From the NCBI GenBank assembly GCA_964016885.1, contig OZ024742.1, positions 53,444,001 through 53,508,000 on the forward strand: DNA of 64,000 bases. Direction: 5' to 3'. Below the pieces are notes generated by a model, which searched no databases, was not told the DNA's origin, and saw only the letters and a list, made by a program, of their open reading frames with translations. The stretch is from Eledone cirrhosa (Eukaryota). This document shows, in pieces, positions 55,987 to 64,000 of the stretch (its first letter is position 1; every line of letters begins with the position of its first letter). The position numbers were made by a program, and so were the translations under genes.

Positions 55987-55989
<3 letters not shown>

Positions 55990-56950
55990 TGCCCCGCAAA
56001 AGTTTACAACACATTAGGAAAAATGCAGTTTTAGGTATTTTTAATAAAGTTAGGGTAATGAAAATTTAACTACTGATAGAACATATAATGAGGCATTTAA
56101 TGATACAATCATATTTAAAAAAAAATAACAAGGAAATAACACATGAAGAAAAATCAATATTTTTATAACGCAAAAGTTTACAACACATTTTATATTTATC
56201 GCTTTTTTTCAAGAAAATTCTTAAATTTTCAGATTTAAAATTCAGTAGAATGTTCTAGATTAGGTTTAAGGTAACTTCTAAGGACTATTAAAAACATTAC
56301 ATCATTATTTGTCTGACAACCATCCTGTAAACATTGACAACCGTCCTGTAAACATGGACAATATGGGGAAAAATAAACTGATTGATCAAGACCTCTGTAA
56401 ACGCATTGTAGACCTTCATACAAATGGTGTTGGTTATAGAAAGATATCTTGTCAGTTAAATGTGCCATTGAGTTCAGTTGGTACAATAATTCGTCACTGG
56501 AAATCTCATCATTCCATCTGTCCTCTAATTAGTTCTGGTTGTCCCAGAAAGATAACGGAACGTGCAGCTCGGTTATTGACGAGAAAGGTTAGCAACGAAC
56601 CCCGGTGTACTCTTAAAAATCTTCAGGATGACCTAGAAGAAAGTGGAGTAAAAGTGAGCACAGATACAATTAGTCGTTCACTTCGTCGATATAATATCCT
56701 CTTGAGGTCTCCAAGGAAAACACCACTTCTTACGAGGAAACACGTTCTTCGTCGATTAAACTTTGCAAATGAGCATCTCATCAAACCTGCGTCATTTTGG
56801 GAAGATGTACTTTACTCAGACGAAACAAAAATTGAACATTTTGGTCGAAATGCTGTGGCAAAAGTCTGGAGAAAGAAAGGTACTGAATATTCGCTGAAGA
56901 ATACTATTTGTACTGTAAAATTTGGAGGTGGATCAATCATGGTCTGGGGG
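55987..56950 (+). mobile_element. Tc1-family transposon, left half; transposase (ATG 56363) truncated after the first catalytic Asp
   Basis: TA|CAGTG end; direct repeat CGCAAAAGTTTACAACACATT at ~55995 and ~56169 (IR/DR type). MGKNK...GYRKIS..LNVP.SSV..II, SGCPRK, LYSDETKIE.FG, TVKFGGGSIMVWG, with no stops up to the break. Confidence 0.92.
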
Positions 56951-57232
56951 GAAAATTTGGACAATTTAATTGTAGTGATTAGTTTAGCTCTTTGCACTCT
57001 AAAATGGTCAGAAAACTTCGATATGCAATAATTTCACTCATTTGACATCCCTTAATCTCCATGTACATAAATTGTACCGCATTTTCAAATAGATGTGTGT
57101 TTTGGTAGTTTGAGGAGAAAATATATATATAAAAAAAAGTTATGGTCTGTGCCCTTTCCTAAGGAGTTAATATATCCAGCTTCTTCGCATTTGGTAAGAA
57201 ACAAACTGATATTATACCCAATTTATTTATTT
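56948..57232 (+). mobile_element. Unclassified repeat family (also 50505-50800 and, inverted, ~48300-48400)
   Basis: AAATTTGGACAATTTAATTGTAGTGATTAGTTTAGCTCTTTGCACTCT...TATTATACCCAATTTATT is shared. Confidence 0.65.
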
Positions 57233-57394
57233 CTCTCTCTCTTTATCCCCCCCCCCTCTCTCTCTCTATATATATATATATATTTATGGTGGCTGCAAAC
57301 TCTGCTAAGAGTATTGCAATCGCTTGTGAGATTACAGAAAATGGTTCACCTTTAGGCTACGGCCAGCCACACAAACCTGTAACAGATCCTGAAC

Positions 57395-57792
57395 AAGCAA
57401 TGCCTGTGCTTTGAATGTTTTTTAAGTGGTGAAAGGCCTTGCACTCGACCAATCCCACTCTCTGAGCATCGAAAAGACTACTCGAAAATGAGAACTGATC
57501 AACATCATCAGAGTTTCCCTCCCTTAGAAAGGTGTTGTGACAACAACTGGGAGGTAGGGGTGGGGGTCGCTTTCACTACCAGGTAAAAATTAAAGTGCTA
57601 TTTGGATGGCCGCTGACTCTGCTGAGTTTCTCCGCCCTTCGCCAAGTCTTGTATTTTATCCAGGAGAGTGTCCAAATATCACCCTCCTCACCAAGCAAGC
57701 TTGGTGGGGTTGCCGGTTTAGTGGCCGACGACCCGACCATGAGAAAGGTTGTACTGGGTTATATGTTACCAGAAGCACTCGAAAGTGACCTG
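57395..57792 (-). mobile_element. Second copy of the 46350-46806 family
   Basis: Colinear similarity; both copies end at a CA-type microsatellite. Confidence 0.55.
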
Positions 57793-57797
57793 ACGCG

Positions 57798-57864
<67 letters not shown>

Positions 57865-57925
57865 TATTCTCTTTTACTATTTTACCTGTTCCAGCCATCC
57901 GGCTGATGCCATGCTGGAATACCTC

Positions 57926-57964
<39 letters not shown>

Positions 57965-57970
<6 letters not shown>

Positions 57971-58146
57971 TTCATTTATTATGGCTATTGGTGAGCTTTG
58001 TTACTCTAAAGTTTTACCTGCGCACTCACAGGATCACCAGTCTTGTCTGATGAACAAGTTTAATATAGAAATGGCTTCTGCAAGACTAGAACTGTTTCAT
58101 TCGAAGTTCTAGTCCTTTAGATGTCATTTCTATATTAAACTTGTTG
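57965..58146. mobile_element. Family P2 left arm up to CTGATGA, followed by an unrelated ~90-bp hairpin
   Basis: Matches 50839-50924, then ACAAGTTTAATATAGAAATG...GACTAGAACT/AGTTCTAGTC...CATTTCTATATTAAACTTGT. Confidence 0.65.
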
Positions 58147-58237
58147 TATACACTCTACTAATGTATTGAGTACCTTACTTACTGTGCCTATCCCCGATTG
58201 ACACACACAAACACACAGACACACACATATATATATA

Positions 58238-59395
58238 AGAGTAGAGGATCGACCACGACCTCGAACGGTTTCGGCCTGTTACCTCCTCTAGCATTCGTCA
58301 GGAAAGTGTCTCAAATATAAGGGAAATGATAGAAGGGAAAGTAGATGAAGGGAATCTACTTATTGGTCACGCACATAGACACATGTATCGCCCACTCACA
58401 CACGCACGGACATGGGAAGATGGAGGAAAAAGAAGAAAAGGAAGAAAGAAATGATAAAATGAGGAAGGAAGGATGAAAGAAGTGGAGAAGAGAAAGGGAA
58501 AAAAAGAGATAAACAGGAGAAAAAGAAAAGTCGGGAAGACAAAAGGTAATGTCAGGTACGTGTGTAGATTAGGATCATAATGGATAATTTCGGGGTTAAA
58601 GGTCTGATAGCTTCTAAGAGTTGACAGAGAGGACAAGGAATGTAGGATAGTTGAAGGTGGAGGGAACTCCTTCGAACCTCACACACATACAAACGCGCAT
58701 GCGCAAACCAGGATTTAAAATAAAAAATAAAAAATCTAAAAATTTAATCTAAAATATGTCCTTTTATCTAAGATAGACCAAAGATGTTACATATCTGTAA
58801 GAGATAGGTGGGAACAATTGAGTACTTACGTATGCATAAAATTAGGGAGAGGGGACGGGGGGTTCCAATATTGAGGGGGGGGGGGGGGGGGGGGGGGGGG
58901 CTGTGGAGGATGGGGGGGGGGCGTAAGAGTACAAGGGTAGGAGAGATTGGGAAGTTCGTTTATTTCATGTCGGGCAAACTCAGGTGCTGGGAGGTCGGTT
59001 GTCGAGGTTGAGGTGGTGTAGTCCATTATGCTTCGGGGTGGCATGTAGGTTTGAAGCAGAGGCACTATTTCTTGCCCATTTGCTGTGATGTTACACTTGT
59101 ATACTACATTTGTAGTGAGGTATTGGGTGCCAAGAGGGCACTCATTTTGGTTGCGATAGTTACAGTTTGGCCCTAAGGGTACGTTGTTGGGTCCGTTTAG
59201 TCTGTGAATGTTGAGCTTAGACCTGTTTTTTGCGGTGATGCACTGAACCATATTGGGCGTAGAGGATTATGACAGTTTCACTGTGCTTTTATTTATTTTG
59301 TGGTAACGGTGTTGTCGCAGAAAACGCTGCTGGATCAATGCGAAGAACAATCTGGCAAGTGGTGTCGCTAGATCTGCATTGTAGAGCGGGGTTAT
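58238..59395 (-). mobile_element. Penelope-like element 3' part: linker/Cys motif, start of GIY-YIG, CT-rich tail and hammerhead
   Basis: NP.YN...ARLFFALIQQRF..HRYHKINKSTVKLS.SSTPNM...CNYRNQNECPLG..LTTNVVYKCNIT (59395-59065). CTGACGA...GAAAC CG TTCG AG GTC at 58301-58257. Confidence 0.8.
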
Positions 59396-59829
59396 ACCAC
59401 GTTACCCGACTCTTCAGGTTCCTTTAGCTGTTGGGTGCCTTTAGGGTTCGGACGAACTCGATCACTTGCTGAAATCCGCTTCAGCGGATGGCATCGTTGT
59501 GGTAAGGCGCATCCTCCCGGAAAATCTACTCGTTTACAGATAACAGAGATATGCCGATTGGCGACTGGCATGAATAAGATCACGAAACATGAAAATATGG
59601 TTAGATGCAATAAAAAATTCATGCCGTATTGTCCTTAGCACGGGGCAAAACGTAATGCGTTCAGGCTTTAGGTAGAGGGATCTGTTCGAAAAATATATTG
59701 GAGTCTCCATCGAACGCTGCAAGTATTGGCGATGGGCTAGTGACCTAGCCTGGGTGGCTTGGGATGAATATACAAATGTTGCATATTCCGAGACCCCAAA
59801 GAGTGCCCAGAAAGGAGTAAACCATAACA

Positions 59830-61170
59830 ATTGAAAACTAGAACGTCCCAACCATTATGTAAGAAGCAGCAACTTATGGAGGAGGCTAGATGTTACCGGT
59901 TAGATATATGTTCCCAGATAGATATAGAGTTTCTTCAGCAATGTTCAATGGCTCTGGTACTGTAGATTTGGATGGAGAATGAAGACTACTATTTAGGTGT
60001 TGTGTCAAGATGACTGCGCAGGCGGAAGTGTATATACTTCCAGGCCGTCGGAATGTGTTGTGCACTGGATCCCATTGGGAGGGAGGATTCGTCTCATGAA
60101 ACTTAGTCGGAACGAAAAGTTTCTTTGGTGCAAGTTTCTGTGTCAAACACAGCCTGAATACAAATCCTTCCTTGACGAAGTCAATGCAGCATTCGACCTG
60201 GTTAAGACTGTGTCATATCCTAATGGCAGACTTCAATGTTGGCACTGGAAAGGAGTGATTGGAAGGAACGGTGATCCTAATTTAAATATTAGACTTCTGT
60301 TCTAGTAATGTGCTCTCTATTATGGACATCTTCCAGCTTAATGACATCCATAAATACGCAGGGTAAAAGGGAAATTGGAGACAAATATCAATAAATGATT
60401 TTGTTATTGTCTTTGATTTTTTCGATTGTGTGTTGGATGTTCGTGTTAAGAGAGGGGTGGAGCTGTCAACTGATCACCATTTAATTATCTACAGACCGGG
60501 ACTAACTAGAGCAAAGAAAACCCACAACACTGACAGGATAAAGTGGAAAGTGCTGGCCGATAAGGAGTTCAGGATCATGTATGCGGATACTATTGCATCC
60601 AAATTCAGTGAACTTCCTGAATCAACTGAGGATATTGAAACGAAGTGGAGATAGTTCAGCGCAATATTTTCTGCTTCAGCTGTTAAAAGCTGCAGGTGAA
60701 AGCAGCTTGGTATAGCACTGGGTGGTAGGAAGACTTCATGGGTCTATCTGAAGGTTAAAGATACCACCCGAGCAAAGAAGTAGGCTTACAAATATTGAAT
60801 TGGAAATAAGTCCCCTTTTTTACACTTGTGGTACAAGCAGGCGTGAAAAATCGCAGCAGAGACAGTAAAGGCGTACAAAGTTAAAATATGGGAGGACTTT
60901 GGGATTAAATTAGGATCCGACGTCAGTTCAGCAAAAAAGTATTCTGGCCGACTTTGTAATAAGAAGTCTCCTTACACGCTTGCTATCAGGAATGCGTCTG
61001 GGAGGTGCATCCCGCGAGGAAGAGAGCACATTTTGCTGATCTCTTAAACCCGGTCACAATAACATCTGATGTACATTATGTGCGTCTGGGAGCGATGAAT
61101 AACCTCTTGGATACTGTGGTCACCAGAGCACATATGCGACAAGGCCTCTGGGGAGGATGAAATTAGAAAC
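59830..61170 (+). mobile_element. RTE-clade LINE, AP-endonuclease region (decayed)
   Basis: EYKSFLDEV, DFN, WKGVIGRNGDPNLN, DFVIV, VLDVRVKRGVELSTDHHL, EDIETKW motifs with stops and frameshifts. Confidence 0.85.
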
Positions 61171-61361
61171 TCATCCTCGAAAGCGACGGAGGTCCATTCC
61201 GGGTATATTTAATTTCCTTAAAGCTTGAGATGCAAGTGGAAGTAAAAATGGCCTCATCAGGATGTAACTAACTACCACAATGCATTCATTCCGTCGCTCC
61301 TAGTTTCATGCACTTCAGTACCCTCAAAATTTATACGTGTAATGTAATGCATACTGTAATA

Positions 61362-61477
61362 TAATTGTTTCTACTTTTGGCACAAGGCCAGCAATTATCC
61401 CAGTGTATCACTGGTACTTTACTTTATCGAACCCGTAAGGATGAAAGGCAAAGTTAACTTAGGCGGGATTTGAACTC
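61362..61477 (-). mobile_element. SINE family A (truncated)
   Basis: Reverse-complement core. Confidence 0.8.
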
Positions 61478-62891
61478 TAATATAATTAAAACTGTGCCAT
61501 TAATTTTCAAGAACTGTTTGGTATTGGCTAATAAATTCCTTTACATTTCGTCTCAGTTAGTGAAGTGGAATCCGGCCTTTTTCATTCATCGATTATTATT
61601 GGATGCTAAGATAAGTGAAGCGCAATATATTCTAAGCTGAATCGAACACGTATCACGAATCCAATTTACCGGGTGTGTGCTGCTACCTGTGGGGTCTTCA
61701 TTAAACTACAATTTGAGACTTCTCTCATACGACGCTTTCAAACGATGACAATAAAATAGACTCTCTCTCTCTTTTCTGACATTTCCTCATCGTCAATGAA
61801 ACTTTAATGACCGTAATTTTACACTACGATTAAGTCAATTATAATCACATGCAGAAAAACCACTCGAAGTGTAGTGTGCATATTGATATTATACGCAGGT
61901 ATATATACATGTAGATATGATACATCAAATACAATCGTAATTGACAATATACACAGAAATTGAACGAAGACTGCGTTACACTGTCTTATGTAATCAGTAA
62001 CATAATCCATTGATGGAAATATATGACTGTTTATTTAAGCGATCGCTAACCGGAAGTGTTGACATTTGACAATTTTAAAGAAGTGAATCTTTAAATACGC
62101 GACAAAATGATTTATATTTAATCAAGAATAACGAAATTTAGTAGATAAATTATGTAATATTCATTCATTATTTATTCAAAGTAATCCAACTTATTTTACA
62201 AACGGGATAAAAAAATATATTCTGGACGCTGTCCCCCACTCCTCCCTTTATTATAGTTTAAATTATAACTAGTTTGGGAAATATTTTCTATGTGAAATAT
62301 AAACAAAAGTAGCCATAAATGGGGATAATCTTGAACGTTTGACCTGCTAGACATAACAGTGAAATCTCTATCATATAATCACTTTTCTGTTTTTGGCGTA
62401 TTAAATAGTTTTATCTAAGATAAAGTCTTTCTCAAAACACGTGGTAGTGATAGCTTGAATATCTTTGAATATAAGTTTGTTTAACGATGACTAAGCTGGG
62501 TTAAACATCACCACAATAATCATAATTTCCTGAGTTCGATACTCAGATCAGGCGGTACGTTGTGTCCTCCAGCAAGACACTTTATTTTATGTTGCCCCAA
62601 TTCATCCAGCTGGCAAATATATCTTGAACAGCGTTGTCACACACTGTATGAAGCTGATTATTATTCAGAATTACCTTAAGTGTACACGTATCTCTAGAAT
62701 GCTTGGTCACTTGCACGTTAATTTCAGGAGAAGGCTGTTCCGTTGTTCAATCAACTGGAACACTCATCGTATCAGCCGGATGCCCACTACATCTATCCAC
62801 ATAGACTCCATTCTAGCATTTCATTCCCTGCCGCATTGTATTTACATTGCTTTTGCATGAAGATTCGCTACAAAAATCATATTAATTTATA

Positions 62892-63065
62892 ATAATTGTT
62901 TCTAGTTTTGTCACAATGCCAGCAATTATCCCAGTATATTACTAGTACTTTATTTTATAGACCCCGTAAGGATGAAAGGCAAAGTTAACTTCGGCGAGAT
63001 TTGAATTCAGACTGTAATGGGCCGTAACTCAGTGCTCCAAAGCATGGCGTCCGATCCTCTACCGT
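62892..63065 (-). mobile_element. SINE family A
   Basis: Reverse-complement core. Confidence 0.8.
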
Positions 63066-63593
63066 TACGAATCAATAAAAATAGTAATCCACTCCAATTT
63101 TCTGTTTCAAGGGAAAGAACTTAAAATTACTTTAAAGAGTTACTTCCCATGAAAAACAGCTAAAACAGTAGCAGAATGACCTACATGTTTCAGGAAAATA
63201 TCAAGTAAGGCTTTTCGATACATATCAAATCTTCAAAATAAACAGCCTAGTATCGTAGATCAAGGGACGGGTTTGAGTGGTTTGGTAAACATGAACAAAG
63301 TGAAGACATCTGATGCAATTATTGAAATGAGATAACACTATTCTGTTAAAATGTCATTTCTGTGTATATGTGGAATAGTGAGACGAAGCGCTTTGCATGA
63401 TTGCTAGAAATAGCATCCAAATATTCCTTAAAGAATACTCAAGCCTCATAAATGAAGGACACATTAGACAAGACAGTTCTCAATTTAATAAACAACCATA
63501 TGGTCATAGCTGGAATGTTGTTGACCATAGTTCCTCTTTATAGGCTAAACAAAGAAAGAAAACCTAAATCAAAGTCTCCAAGAGCGGCTATTC

Positions 63594-63660
<67 letters not shown>

Positions 63661-64000
63661 GACCCCAAGCAAATGTGCGCGGCCTTTCAGCGGCACTTTG
63701 CGCGACTGTTTGAGCAGAACGACGGTGAGCCGAACGGGGCAATGGACTTTAGTTCATACCTCGACGGCCTGCCGCGTCTCTCGAACACGGACGCCGAGTT
63801 CTGCGAAAGACCGATCACGGACACTGAGATACGGGACGCTCTGGGCCGCTGCGGGAAACGCAAGTCACCCGGTCTAGATGGTCTACCCTACGAATTTTAC
63901 ATAGGCATGCCGGACTTGTTCTCTGGCGTCCTCGAAGCCGTCTACTGTAATTGGCAGCAGCACGGGAGAATTCCCAGTTCTGCAGGCAAGGGCGTAGTAA
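63661..64000 (+). mobile_element. L1/Tx1-clade LINE ORF2, 5'-truncated, running off the window end
   Basis: Uninterrupted frame DPKQMCAAFQRHFARLF...LDGLPRLS...CERPITDTEIRDAL...KSPGLDGLPYEFY...GRIP, starting directly after (TATC)n. Confidence 0.85.

Overview
AT-rich, repeat-dominated animal genomic DNA, not prokaryotic; there is no CRISPR array, rRNA or operon. The abundant tRNA-derived SINE (GAGTTCAAATCCCGCCGAGGTTAACTTTGCCTTTCATCC...GGGGTCGATAAAATAAAGTACCAGT) and the dense (TA)n tracts look like an octopod cephalopod; this is recalled from memory, not searched. The best-supported host gene is a spliced, divergent ~140-aa profilin-like gene on the minus strand (exons 23171-22989 and 19606-19367), whose second exon is absent from the ORF track. 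A few more orphan minus-strand exons are weaker candidates. A ~7.8-kb 24-bp minisatellite (4460-12267) with a 2212-bp higher-order duplication generates all the very long ORFs. The rest is transposon debris: RTE, R4/Dong, CRE-like and L1/Tx1 LINEs, Penelope-like elements (PLE), Helitrons, Tc1/mariner, hAT-like MITEs, three TG...CA LTR-type insertions with 4-bp TSDs, and many SINEs. The most striking unexplained structure is a set of small fold-back (palindromic) elements sitting in (TA)n tracts. Many carry minimal hammerhead-ribozyme cores (CTGANGA...GAAAC...GTH), and their two arms share copy-specific mutations. All coordinates were read by eye and repeat boundaries are approximate.
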